A stretch of 62,171 nt of DNA from Rhodopirellula sp. (GTDB lineage Bacteria > Planctomycetota > Planctomycetia > Planctomycetales > Planctomycetaceae), in contig JABMPE010000622.1 in assembly GCA_013203845.1 (NCBI GenBank), forward strand, positions 1 through 62,171, read 5' to 3'. The position numbers were made by a program, and so were the translations under genes. Below the pieces are notes generated by a model, which saw only the letters and a list, made by a program, of their open reading frames with translations, did not search any database and was not told the DNA's origin. Position 1 is the stretch's first letter. The number at the start of each line of letters is the position of its first letter. Of the stretch, positions 10,401-20,197 are shown piece by piece.

Positions 10401-10844
10401 ATGGCATTAGAGGAAAACAACTGGGTTCCAGCTGCCGTTTTCGGCGGGTCGCTTGTTCTGCTCGGAGCGGGCATGATGATCGGCCACGTTCGCACGTGGA
10501 AGAACCAGCGGCAGGACGAATCGCTGCTTGATTCCGATAGAAAGTATCTACGGAATCGATACCTCAGACGAATGCAGACATCAGCGGTCGTTGCCATTGT
10601 CGGCTGCCTGATTGGAATCGGCGATGCGTTCATCTGGCAACTTGGCCCGGCGATTGCGACTTTTTACTGGATGTTCGTCATCATGCTGGTTTTCTGGATT
10701 GCCCTGCTCGCCATTGGCGACCTGACGTCAGTCCGAACGCATTCTCAGACAGCGATGTCTCAGCTTGAATCAACACGAAAAGAACTGGAAGCCGAACTCG
10801 CCAGACATCGGCATCGGTCAAACGGCAAACCGCCCAAAGAATGA
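10401..10844 (+). CDS. Hypothetical integral membrane protein
   Basis: The ATG at 10401 lies downstream of the terminator. There are 3-4 hydrophobic helices (VPAAVFGGSLVLLGAGMMIG, AVVAIVGCLIGIGDAFIW, FYWMFVIMLVFWIALLAIG) and a charged coiled C-terminus. Confidence 0.55.
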   Translation: MALEENNWVPAAVFGGSLVLLGAGMMIGHVRTWKNQRQDESLLDSDRKYLRNRYLRRMQTSAVVAIVGCLIGIGDAFIWQLGPAIATFYWMFVIMLVFWIALLAIGDLTSVRTHSQTAMSQLESTRKELEAELARHRHRSNGKPPKE

Positions 10845-10911
10845 TCGAGCGTTTCCGGCTTTACTGAAACACAACTTAACCAACCACTTTTCGAGAATCA
10901 CGGTAACTTCC

Positions 10912-12339
10912 ATGTCGACGCTTGAGGCTGCCCCGTCAACGGCAACACGGCAGGACACTGCCTGGCAGGTCTGTATCCACCCTGACTGCCGCTCCACCTA
11001 CGGCATTGATGAGGTCCTCGTCGGCTGCCCGAAGTGCGGAAACCTGCTGGACATCGAGTACGACTGGAATCGCCTGGAAGTTCCTTCGTCGCTGTCGGAA
11101 ATTGAAGCTCGCTGGTCGACGCGCCGGAACCCTCTCGACTTCAGTGGCGTGTGGCGATTCCGGAATCTGCTGCCGTTTGCACCGGAGCAAAGTATCGTGA
11201 CCATCGGCGAAGGGCAGACCATCCTTCGTGAGAGCGCTCCAGTCGCCCGATACGCCGGGCTGAAGGAATCGAACCTGTTGCTGCAGTACTAGGGCCTGAA
11301 TCCGTCCGGCAGTTTCAAAGACAACGGCATGACCGCTGCCTCGACGCACGCCCGAATGGTCGGAGCAAAATACGCCGCCTGTGCATCGACAGGAAACACC
11401 AGCGCATCGCTGGCCATCTACAGCAGCGCCGCTCAACTGTTCAATGCGCTGGTCTTTGTGGGCAGCGGAAAGATTGCCTTCGGGAAACTTTCGCAGGCAC
11501 TCGATTACGGAGCACACACACTGCAGATCGCAGGTGATTTCGACGACGCCCTGAAACAGGTGCGGGAAGTCTGCCAGCGTGAGAAGATTTATCTCTGCAA
11601 CAGCGTGAACCCGTTCCGGCTGGAAGGTCAGAAGACGATCATGTTTCGCGTGCTGGAAGCGCTGAACTGGCAACCGCCAGACTGGATCGTTGTTCCCGGC
11701 GGGAATCTTGGAAACTCAAGCTCGTTCGGCAAAGCGTTTCTCGAACTGAAAGAACTCGGCCTGATCGATCGTATTCCGAGACTGGCGGTGATCAACGCAG
11801 CGGGCGCAAACACGCTGCACCAGCTCTACAACGAACAGTCGCTTCGCTGGAACGATGGCCGGACCGACGATGCAAAAATCGACGGATTCTTTTCGCAGAT
11901 GGATGCCGAAAACCGTCGGGCATCCACACTCGCCACGGCCATCGAAATCAACCGTCCGGTGAACCTGAAAAAGTGCCTGCGAGCACTCGAAGCATGCGAC
12001 GGCGTTGTGCGACAGGTGTCCGATCAGGAGATCCTCGACGCCAAAGCTCAGGTCGGAGCAGGTGGCTTCGGCTGCGAACCGGCCAGCGCCGCCAGCGTCG
12101 CCGGAGCAAAACAGCTTCGCGAAGAAGGAATCATCGCTCCCAGCGATCAGGTCGTCTGCATCCTCACCGGCCATCAGCTCAAAGATCCCAACGCGACGGT
12201 GGCTTATCATTCGTCGAAGGCCGGCGCGATCGATCCCAAACTCGCCGCCCAGGGAATCGAAACGGTGTCGTTTGCGAACGGTCCGGTCCCTGTCGCCAAC
12301 GAACTGGATCGAATCCTCGAAGTCATCCGCAGTCTGTAA
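10912..12339 (+). pseudogene. thrC: Threonine synthase interrupted by a single in-frame TAG (11290-11292); the track shows it as ORFs 10765-11292 and 11329-12339
   Basis: N-terminal zinc-ribbon CIHPDC...CPKCGNLLDIEYDW. Across the stop it reads ...[18 protein letters not shown], which is the conserved (Y/F)EGLNPTGSFKDRG PLP-lysine motif with TAG where GAG (Glu) is expected. Both halves are in the same frame. Confidence 0.85.
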
Positions 12340-12353
12340 GCAGGAGAGCCAGT

Positions 12354-13433
12354 GTGACGATCGCTCAACATCAGCCGCACGGAAGTCGATTCAGAGGCGT
12401 CTCGATCTCGTCCCTCGGCATGGTCGTCTTTCTGGTGAGCGCGTTGTTCGTCCGGCAGTCGACAGCTGCCGCAGAAGCCATCGAGCCCTGCGTCGGCAGC
12501 GGTGGAGATTTCAAGCCGTCCACGTTGAAGCACGGTGAGAAACTACGGCACTTCGAGTTTGAATACGCTGGCAAAGCGATCAAACTGAAACCAGGATCGA
12601 ATGTTCGAGTCTGGTTACCGATCCCGCCCACCAATCAGCATCAGTCGGTGTTGATCAGGACTTCGCAGCTTCCCGCCAAGGCCACGACGACCCGCGAGAC
12701 GCAGTATGAAAACTGCATGGTGTATTTCGAAACACTCGCACCTGCGAATGGCGAAGTACGTTTCTCAATGACGTACGACGTCACTCGCGCCGAAGTGAAA
12801 GCTCTTGGTCGAGATGGGAAGGAACTCAGTGCCGAGGAACGCCAACTGTTCCTGAAACCGAATCGCCTGGTTCCGACAACCGGTCGCCCGCTCGATCTGC
12901 TGAAAGGACTGGCCACTCCTGATCAACCGCTGGAACTTGGAAAGTTTCTCTACGAACGAGTCGATGCTCACATGAAGTACGACAAGTCTCGACTTGGCTA
13001 TGGCAACGGAGATTCCGTCTGGGCCTGCGACAGCCAGTTTGGAAACTGCACCGACTTTCACAGCCTGTTCATCTCGCTGGCCCGAGCGAAAGGCCTGCCG
13101 GCTCGATTCGAAATCGGCTTCCCGATTCCCGAGGCTCGCGGAAAAGGCACGATCGACGGATACCACTGCTGGGCGTTCTTCCACACAGACCAGCACGACT
13201 GGGTTCCGACAGACATCTCAGAAGCGGACAAGCACCCGGAGATGAAGGACTACTACTTTGGAAATCTGACCGAAAATCGAGTTGCCTTTTCAGTGGGCCG
13301 CGACGTGAATCTGGTTCCTCGTCAGGCAGGAGAGCCATTAAACTTCTTCGTCTATCCGTACATCGAAGTTGACGGCCAGCCGCTTTCGAAAGAGCACATG
13401 GAAAAGGCGTTCAAGTATTCAGACAGCGAGTGA
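12354..13433 (+). CDS. Transglutaminase-like (cysteine-protease-fold) secreted protein
   Basis: Transglutaminase core: GNCTDFHSLFISLARAKGLPARFEIGF...DGYHCWAFFH...WVPTDISEA (Cys-His-Asp). The start is GTG 12354 after GGAGAG, or ATG 12420. The upstream part of track ORF 11973 overlaps thrC and is rejected. Confidence 0.85.
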   Translation: MTIAQHQPHGSRFRGVSISSLGMVVFLVSALFVRQSTAAAEAIEPCVGSGGDFKPSTLKHGEKLRHFEFEYAGKAIKLKPGSNVRVWLPIPPTNQHQSVLIRTSQLPAKATTTRETQYENCMVYFETLAPANGEVRFSMTYDVTRAEVKALGRDGKELSAEERQLFLKPNRLVPTTGRPLDLLKGLATPDQPLELGKFLYERVDAHMKYDKSRLGYGNGDSVWACDSQFGNCTDFHSLFISLARAKGLPARFEIGFPIPEARGKGTIDGYHCWAFFHTDQHDWVPTDISEADKHPEMKDYYFGNLTENRVAFSVGRDVNLVPRQAGEPLNFFVYPYIEVDGQPLSKEHMEKAFKYSDSE

Positions 13434-13467
13434 CCCGCATCTTTTGCAGTGCTTGGGGACATCACTG

Positions 13468-13803
13468 ATGAAAGTCAATCTGCAAGTGGGAGAAACGGTA
13501 CTGAGCGAAGAACTTTCTGCTTATTTTCCCAGTCGACTTTGGCCTTGGGGAAACTTCGGCAACCTTGTTGTCACAAACAAACGAATTCTCTACGAACCGT
13601 CAGCATTCTCGTTCTTCCTTGATACGGTTGAAATTCATTTGGCGGAACTCGTCACTGTATCCAAGGCTCGCTGCCTGGGAGTTTCTCCGACTGTGTGCGT
13701 CACAACCACAGACGGCAGAACGTCTTATTTCGCCTCTTTTTCAAGGCGTCGTTTGATAGAGACGATCAAGTCGGTCGCACCTCATCTGAATCGCGAACCG
13801 TAG
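13468..13803 (+). CDS. Small hypothetical protein, GRAM/bacterial-PH-like
   Basis: GNLVVTNKRILYEPSAFSFFLDTVEIHLAELVTVSK resembles bPH/GRAM-type domains. The start is taken at ATG 13468, after the stop of the preceding gene. Confidence 0.5.
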   Translation: MKVNLQVGETVLSEELSAYFPSRLWPWGNFGNLVVTNKRILYEPSAFSFFLDTVEIHLAELVTVSKARCLGVSPTVCVTTTDGRTSYFASFSRRRLIETIKSVAPHLNREP

Positions 13804-13859
13804 AGTCGTTTCGAAAAACTGTATGGACTCTTGCCTTCAGCTTCGGCACAATCGCAGAC

Positions 13860-14297
13860 ATGATTCGCACGATCGCACATCTCCTGTTGATCCTTGTCTT
13901 ACTGACCTGCCCGGTTCAGTGCGTCATCAGCGGCGACTCGTGCTGTGCCTCTCAAGTTACAGAATCGGAAGCAGGTACCGCACAAACCTGTCCATCGAGT
14001 GATCACTGCTGTCAGCATGCTGCCAGCAAAGATGTGTGTCTGGACGCCACCCACGAAGCACCGACACACATTCCACGATCTGGCGATGACTGCCCTTGTG
14101 ATTGTCTGTGCAAGGGAGCGATCTCGTCGTCGTCGCAAATCGCTGAAGATCCTGGAACAGCGCTGCTGTATTCCGTCGCCGATAGTGGGACCGCGTATTT
14201 TGACGTGTTTCGCCACACAGGTACGCCGCAAGCTGATCTGCCCGATACGTTATCCGGGCGAGAGATCCGTACCCTGCGGATGTCCTTTCAGGTCTAG
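13860..14297 (+). CDS. Cys-rich secreted/membrane-anchored protein (12 Cys in the first ~95 aa)
   Basis: N-terminal hydrophobic helix MIRTIAHLLLILVLLTCPVQC, then CC, C, CC, C and a C-P-C-D-C-L-C cluster with His residues. It lies immediately upstream of the ABC exporter genes. Confidence 0.55.
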   Translation: MIRTIAHLLLILVLLTCPVQCVISGDSCCASQVTESEAGTAQTCPSSDHCCQHAASKDVCLDATHEAPTHIPRSGDDCPCDCLCKGAISSSSQIAEDPGTALLYSVADSGTAYFDVFRHTGTPQADLPDTLSGREIRTLRMSFQV

Positions 14298-14430
14298 TCG
14301 AGACCTCGCGCTGCAGACCCTTCGCTAACGGGTCTTCGCTCCGTTGCTTTTCACGATGAGAATCCGTTTTCGGCTCGAATGCACAGCCGTTGGAAACTCT
14401 CGACTCTGAACCCTCGACTCTGGACTCATT

Positions 14431-15591
14431 GTGGCTCTGCTTCCCTGGGAATATGGCATCCGTAATCTACTTCGTCGTCCGCTGCGTAGCGGATTGACGC
14501 TGCTTGGATTAACGACCGTCGTACTGCTGGTGCTGGTCGTGGTCGGCTTTGTACGAGGCCTCGAACGCGCGCTGGCCGTCAGTGGCGATCCACGGACTGT
14601 CATCGTCTTTTCACTTGGTATGGGCGAGAACCTGGAGTACTCATCCGTGCCAATGAGAACCTCTGATCTGGTCGCCGCCAGCATCGTGGGTGTTCAAGAG
14701 CGGTACGGGCAAAAGTTCGCCTCGCCGGAACTTTACCTCGGCACTCAGATTCGTACGTCACGCGACGGGACTCCAGAAATGGGACTGGTCCGCGGCATCA
14801 CTCCGTCCGCGTTGCTTGTCCATTCACAAATAGAAATTGTCGAAGGTGACTGGCCAAAGACCGATGAAGTCATGATCGGTCGACTGGCGACAACCAAAAT
14901 GGGCGCGAGTCCGGAAGACACTCGTGTCGGTCAATCGTTGTGGTTCGAAGGACGACAATGGCGGATCAGCGGAGTCTTTGCCGCTGCCGGAGCTGTTTTC
15001 GAGTCGGAAATCTGGTGTCGCCTGGATGGCCTGCAACAGGCGATGAAGCGGCAGGATTTGAGTCTCGTCGCTCTAACGCTGAAGCCCGATGCCGAATTTC
15101 AGGATGTCGACCTGTTCTGCAAAGAACGGCTCGACCTGGAACTCCAGGCGGTTTCGCAGATCGACTATTTCAAAACACTACAGAAGGATTACGCCCCCGT
15201 GCGGATGCTGGCGTGGCTGGTGGCATTTCTGATCTTCGCCGCGGGAGTCTTCGCCGGTCTTAACACAATGTACGGAGCGGTCGTTGGTCGCGTTCGAGAA
15301 CTCGCCACGTTGCAGACAATTGGTTTTCAACGTCGCGCGGCGGTCGTCAGTATCGTTCAGGAAGGGACACTCATCGCAGTTACGGCGTCACTGATCGCGT
15401 CAGCACTGGCCCTGTTCCTAGTGAATGGTTCCGCCGTCCGATTCACGATGGGAGCGTTCGAATTGCAGGTCGACAGTGTCTCACTGCTTTACGGATGTGG
15501 AACCGGCCTCGCGCTGGGCATCCTTGGATCCCTGCCGCCCGCGGTAAGGGTTTTACGCCTGCCCGTCGTCGATGGGCTGAAAGCTGTCTGA
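14431..15591 (+). CDS. ABC transporter permease, FtsX/MacB family (permease 1)
   Basis: N-terminus IRNLLRRPLRSGLTLLGLTTVV, a large periplasmic loop, and a C-terminal FtsX-type 3-helix bundle with GAVVGRVRELATLQTIGFQ. Confidence 0.85.
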   Translation: MALLPWEYGIRNLLRRPLRSGLTLLGLTTVVLLVLVVVGFVRGLERALAVSGDPRTVIVFSLGMGENLEYSSVPMRTSDLVAASIVGVQERYGQKFASPELYLGTQIRTSRDGTPEMGLVRGITPSALLVHSQIEIVEGDWPKTDEVMIGRLATTKMGASPEDTRVGQSLWFEGRQWRISGVFAAAGAVFESEIWCRLDGLQQAMKRQDLSLVALTLKPDAEFQDVDLFCKERLDLELQAVSQIDYFKTLQKDYAPVRMLAWLVAFLIFAAGVFAGLNTMYGAVVGRVRELATLQTIGFQRRAAVVSIVQEGTLIAVTASLIASALALFLVNGSAVRFTMGAFELQVDSVSLLYGCGTGLALGILGSLPPAVRVLRLPVVDGLKAV

Positions 15592-15655
15592 AAATCTACC
15601 ACATCAACCTGTTCAACAACTGATCTTTCAACTCACACATGAAACGGAGTCCACA

Positions 15656-16225
15656 ATGAAAATTCACATGACCCTCGTCGCTGTTGCTGGAAGCTTACTC
15701 CTGGTCACAGGCTGCGCTCAGGAATCATCAACGACGAGTTCAGCAACGGATCCCAACCACTCTGCCGCTTCCTCGATCGACGGATCAAAGTATCTGCTGA
15801 CCGCCGAACCAGCGAATGCCACAACAGTGATTGAAGCCCGTGAAAAGTCTGAAGATGGTGCGGATGTCGCGCTGGTTGGAAGGATCGGCGGCAGCGAGAG
15901 CCCGTGGGTTGATGGTCGAGCGGCATTCTCGATTGTCGACCAGACGCTCAAAGCCTGCAGTGACATCCCTGGCGACGAATGCGAAACGCCGTGGGACTAC
16001 TGCTGCGAGACTCACAAACTGCCGTCATCCACAGCACTGGTGAAGTTCGTTGACCAGGAAGGTCGGCCACTGAAAGTGGACGCTCGCGAATTACTCAATC
16101 TCAAGGAACTGCAGACGGTCGTTGTCCGAGGTAAGGCCAAACGTGATGAAGCCGGCAACCTGACCGTGCTGGCGAGCGGCTTGTTTGTACGTGAATCAGG
16201 CAAACCAGTGACCAGTGACCAGTGA
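15656..16225 (+). CDS. Lipoprotein of unknown function with a 4-Cys cluster
   Basis: Lipobox LLLVTGC at residues 15-21. The mature part contains C-x7-C-x6-CC (KACSDIPGDECETPWDYCCETHK). The gene sits inside the ABC/HlyD operon. Confidence 0.65.
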   Translation: MKIHMTLVAVAGSLLLVTGCAQESSTTSSATDPNHSAASSIDGSKYLLTAEPANATTVIEAREKSEDGADVALVGRIGGSESPWVDGRAAFSIVDQTLKACSDIPGDECETPWDYCCETHKLPSSTALVKFVDQEGRPLKVDARELLNLKELQTVVVRGKAKRDEAGNLTVLASGLFVRESGKPVTSDQ

Positions 16226-16236
16226 CCAGTGACCAG
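16205..16236 (+). repeat. Heptanucleotide tandem repeat (CCAGTGA) x4.5 spanning the stop codon of the lipoprotein gene
   Basis: Direct reading gives ccagtga ccagtga ccagtga ccagtga ccag. The gene's TGA (16223-16225) lies inside the third unit. Confidence 0.9.
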
Positions 16237-16293
16237 ACGGCTTAGCCGTGATGTATCGAACTGGGCGACGCGTTACTTCCAGGCGGTGTTAAA

Positions 16294-17844
16294 ATGAGTG
16301 TTGACCTGAAACAGTTGGCGGTTCATCGAGCGACCTCGACATCGCCTGGTATGACGCCTCCGCGTCGAGTGATTTCCCGTTATATCCTGCCGGCATTTCT
16401 GCTGGCAGGTTTTGGTGGGCTTTTTGCCTGGGCGGCAAGAGATGCCTTTCTCCCTCGCGTGAAAGTAACCGTCGTCCCTGTGTACTCGACGCGTGAGGAA
16501 GTTCAGGCGTCGGGAACACCGCTGTTCAAGGCTGCGGGCTGGGTAGAACCTCGACCGACGCCCATTCGAGTGGCTGCTCTTGCCGAAGGCGTGATCCGCG
16601 AACTGCTCGTCGTCGAGGATCAAGCTGTCAAAGAGAATGAACCAATTGCCTATCTCGTTGATGACGATGCTCGGCTCAGTCTTGAAGCGGCTCGAGCCAC
16701 GTTCAATCTGCGGACAGCCGAGTCGAAACAGTTTCAGGCAACGCTCGAAGCCGCCGAGACAAATCTCAGAGAACCTACCTATCTTCAGGCGGCGGTTTCT
16801 CAAGCCGAAGCCGATCTGGCACGTGTCGTAACGGAGCTGGGCAACCTGCCGTTTCAACTCACTGCTGCCAATGCGAAACTTCAATATGCAGAAGCCGCTT
16901 TGAAAGCACAGCTCGCCGCTGGCACCGCCGTGCCTGAACTGACTGTCGACGAAGCGCGCAGTTTGCGCGACACCACCAGAGCAACCGTCGACGAACTCAT
17001 GCGACGTCGAGTATCGCTCGAAGCTGAGAAAAAAGCGTTGACTCAAAAACGGGACGCCGACCGGAGACGCCTCGAACTGAAAACGGATGAACGGCAAGCC
17101 GCCGATGAATCCAGAGCATTACTGGAGTCAGCGGCTGCCAAACAGGAGCAGGCGAGAGTCGCTCTGGCGGAAGCACAACTGCGGCTTGATCGGATGACAA
17201 TTCGCGCCCCCGTCGATGGTCGCGTGATGCACCTGTTGACCAGCCCGGGCACGCATCTGATAGGCGGTCAAGGAAGAACCAGAGAAAACGACGGCGGGGT
17301 GGTCGTTACCCTTTATCAGCCTAAGAAGCTCCAGATTCGCGTGGATGTTCGGTTTGAAGATCTCCCACAAACCGGTCGGCATCAGCCCGTCCTGATCGAA
17401 AGTCCCGCCCTGTCCGAACCACTGGATGGCCGGGTGCTGTTTCCAACATCTTTCGCCGACATTCAGAAAAATACGTTGTCAGTCAAGGTGGTGATTGATG
17501 ACCCACCGGAAGTGATGAAACCGGACATGCTCGTCGACGTGACGTTTCTGAGCCCAGAGCGAAACGACGAAGCGAACTCGTCCAGTGCCGAGCGATCGGC
17601 TCCGATGCGCATCTACGTTCCTCGTCGACTCGCGAAAACCGACGATTCGGGCAGTTATGTCTGGATTGCCGACCTGGTCACTCGCACCGCTCACCAACAG
17701 CGCGTGACCATTCTGAATACATCAACTGCCGGTGACATGCTGGAAGTAACAGATGGACTGAGTATCGCCAGTCGGCTGATAGAGTCCGGCACTGAGTCAC
17801 TTAACGATGGCGACCGTATCGAGGTAACCAGTCATGCTGATTGA
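16294..17844 (+). CDS. HlyD/MacA-type periplasmic adaptor (membrane fusion protein)
   Basis: N-terminal TM helix, a long coiled-coil hairpin region, and lipoyl/beta-barrel motifs ([15 protein letters not shown]; [15 protein letters not shown]). Confidence 0.85.
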   Translation: MSVDLKQLAVHRATSTSPGMTPPRRVISRYILPAFLLAGFGGLFAWAARDAFLPRVKVTVVPVYSTREEVQASGTPLFKAAGWVEPRPTPIRVAALAEGVIRELLVVEDQAVKENEPIAYLVDDDARLSLEAARATFNLRTAESKQFQATLEAAETNLREPTYLQAAVSQAEADLARVVTELGNLPFQLTAANAKLQYAEAALKAQLAAGTAVPELTVDEARSLRDTTRATVDELMRRRVSLEAEKKALTQKRDADRRRLELKTDERQAADESRALLESAAAKQEQARVALAEAQLRLDRMTIRAPVDGRVMHLLTSPGTHLIGGQGRTRENDGGVVVTLYQPKKLQIRVDVRFEDLPQTGRHQPVLIESPALSEPLDGRVLFPTSFADIQKNTLSVKVVIDDPPEVMKPDMLVDVTFLSPERNDEANSSSAERSAPMRIYVPRRLAKTDDSGSYVWIADLVTRTAHQQRVTILNTSTAGDMLEVTDGLSIASRLIESGTESLNDGDRIEVTSHAD

Positions 17845-18556
17845 AATTCGTAACCTGACAAAAACCTACCAGAAGGGTGACGAGACAATCACTCCGCTCC
17901 GTGATGTGAGTCTCGATATCGACAGGGGTGAGTTTGTCTCGCTGATGGGACCAAGCGGCACGGGCAAGTCGACACTGCTGAATCAGATCGCCGGAATCGA
18001 CAAACCGTCGTCTGGCAGCATCACCGTCGATGGAACCGAAATTACGAATCTGTCTCGCAGTCGACTTGCCAAATGGCGAGCGGCCAATGTCGGGTACATT
18101 TTCCAGACGCACAACCTGATTCCTGTTTTGACGGCCTACGAAAATGTTGAGCTGCCGTTACTGCTGCTGCCCTTCAATCGGGCTGAACGCCGCCGGCGAG
18201 TGCAGATCGCTCTCGAAGCAGTTGAACTGGTGGATCGGGCAGGCCATTACCCGCGACAACTTTCCGGTGGACAGGAACAGCGAGTCGGTATTGCCCGAGC
18301 GATTGTCACTGACCCGACGATCGTTGTGGCTGACGAACCAACTGGAGATCTCGATTCGGCGACGTCGACGCACATTCTCGCACTCCTGCAACGACTGAAT
18401 GCAGATCTCGGCACAACATTGTTGATGGTGACACATGACGCCGAGGCCGCCGAAACCGCCGGACGTCAACTGCGACTAGACGATGGCCGGCTGATCTCTG
18501 ACACGAGCGATGCTGAGTCCTTGCAGAAGACATCTCAGGAGAGTCTCCATGTTTAA
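17834..18556 (+). CDS. ABC transporter ATP-binding protein (MacB/LolD-like)
   Basis: Walker [10 protein letters not shown], signature [14 protein letters not shown], Walker [13 protein letters not shown]. It overlaps both neighbours (translational coupling). Confidence 0.95.
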   Translation: MLIEIRNLTKTYQKGDETITPLRDVSLDIDRGEFVSLMGPSGTGKSTLLNQIAGIDKPSSGSITVDGTEITNLSRSRLAKWRAANVGYIFQTHNLIPVLTAYENVELPLLLLPFNRAERRRRVQIALEAVELVDRAGHYPRQLSGGQEQRVGIARAIVTDPTIVVADEPTGDLDSATSTHILALLQRLNADLGTTLLMVTHDAEAAETAGRQLRLDDGRLISDTSDAESLQKTSQESLHV

Positions 18557-19685
18557 GTTTGCCCCTTACGTATTGAAAACACTGTGGCGGCATCGAGGCC
18601 GAACGATGCTCACCGTCAGCGGCTCCGCCGTTGCATTGTTCGTCTTCTGTTTTGTCGGATCGGTTCAGGAAGGCCTCGACCGCCTGACTTCGCAGAACGA
18701 CTCAACATTGATTGTCTTTCAGGCGAACAAATTCTGCCCGGCAACCAGCCATCTGCCACAGGACTACGATCAGATCATTGAGAAAATGCCAGGCGTGCGC
18801 GCGGTGGTGCCGATTCAGGTCTTCACCAATAACTGCCGGGCGAGTCTGGATGTCGTGGTTTTTTACGGCGTCCCTCCGGGAAACGTTCAAAAGATTCGCG
18901 ACTTCGAGTTACTCGAAGGAAGCTGGGATGAATTCGAATCAAATCAGGACGCGGGCATCGTCGGTGAAGCGGTGGCCAGACGTCGTCACCTGAAAGTTGG
19001 ATCGAAGTTTTCAGTTGGCGAGGTGAAAGTTACCGTTGCCGGAATCTTCAACAGCGACAATCAGTCCGAGGAAGATTACGTCTACACGCACCTGGATTTC
19101 TTACAGCGAACCCCCGGTATGAATCTCGTCGGAACAGTGACGCAGCATGAAGTTCTGCTTGAGGACTCGGCCGATCCGGTTGCGATGGCAGGCTTGATCG
19201 ATGATGAATTCCGAGCAGGTCCGGTTGAAACAGACACGCGTACAAAAGGTGTGTTCCAGGCGTCGAGCCTCGCTGATCTTGTCGAACTGATCGAGCTTTC
19301 GCATTACCTCGGCTACGCCTGCGTCGGCCTGATGACGATGCTGATTTCTACGACGACTTTCATGGCCGTACAGGATCGAATTAAAGAACACTCTGTTCTT
19401 CAGACACTGGGATTTTCCGGTTCAATCGTCTTTGCGCTGGTGCTGACTGAGAGCGTCCTGATCAGCGTTGGCGGCGGAGTCGTCGGAACTGGCACTGCCA
19501 TGCTGACACTGGCCGGCTCTGGATTGTCAGTCGGAGCCGAAGCGGTCACCATCGCGTTTTCACCGTCAGTCGGTCTGGCCATGACAGGTTTGGCAGGATC
19601 ACTGGCGGTTGGATTCGCCGCCGGAGTTCTTCCCGCACTCGCAGCATCGAGAGCCGACATTGTCACGGGACTTCGTCAGGCATGA
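18549..19685 (+). CDS. ABC transporter permease, FtsX/MacB family (permease 2)
   Basis: [25 protein letters not shown]..., a periplasmic loop and a C-terminal FtsX domain ([14 protein letters not shown]). ATG 18549 overlaps the ATPase stop. Confidence 0.85.
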   Translation: MFKFAPYVLKTLWRHRGRTMLTVSGSAVALFVFCFVGSVQEGLDRLTSQNDSTLIVFQANKFCPATSHLPQDYDQIIEKMPGVRAVVPIQVFTNNCRASLDVVVFYGVPPGNVQKIRDFELLEGSWDEFESNQDAGIVGEAVARRRHLKVGSKFSVGEVKVTVAGIFNSDNQSEEDYVYTHLDFLQRTPGMNLVGTVTQHEVLLEDSADPVAMAGLIDDEFRAGPVETDTRTKGVFQASSLADLVELIELSHYLGYACVGLMTMLISTTTFMAVQDRIKEHSVLQTLGFSGSIVFALVLTESVLISVGGGVVGTGTAMLTLAGSGLSVGAEAVTIAFSPSVGLAMTGLAGSLAVGFAAGVLPALAASRADIVTGLRQA

Positions 19686-19728
19686 CAGACGCAAATGGCT
19701 CACCGTCATTATTCGAAACAGTCACACC

Positions 19729-20197
19729 ATGAAAATTCTCTGCCTCGTGTTTCTTCTGGTGGCGGCAACTGGTTCGACCGCGTCGGCACAAAGCCCTCAT
19801 CCCAACATCATCGTCATGATGGCCGACGACATGGGGATGGGAGACACCAGTGCCTATCAGGATTTTACCGGCAACAGTGACGACGATCAGATTCATACGT
19901 CGAGCATGGCACACTTTCAAGGGGCAATGGAAACTGTTCTTCGACGCAGAGTTGCTTCGCTTGCGAGAAGCTCGACCGTTCGAACTCTACGACTTGAACA
20001 CTGATCTGGAAGAAAAGCAGGACCGCCTGCATGACGAATCGTTGAAGCCACTGGTCGAGCAACTGACTCAACTGGCGTTGCTGCATCGCAACTCGGGAGG
20101 GCATCTTCTGGCGAAGATTGCTTCCGAGCAGCGAATCAGTTTTGACTGGCGTTCGACCGCCGAGCAGGCGTTGCGACATGAGGTATCAACCACTTGA
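19729..20197 (+). pseudogene. Sulfatase remnant: signal peptide plus N-terminal motif joined out of frame to the C-terminal end
   Basis: Frame 1 reads MKILCLVFLLVAATGSTASAQSPHPNIIVMMADDMGMGDTSAYQDF...IHTSSMA. After about 19915 the sense continues in the +1 frame as WKLFFDAELLRLREARPFELYDLNTDLEEKQDRL, the typical sulfatase C-terminus. The roughly 350-aa catalytic core, including C-x-P-x-R, is missing. Confidence 0.75.

Noticed and set aside
11973-12353. The N-terminal 127 codons of track ORF 11973-13433 (Arg-rich).
   Set aside because: They overlap the 3' part of thrC in another frame. The transglutaminase-like gene more plausibly starts at GTG 12354 or ATG 12420, after the thrC stop.
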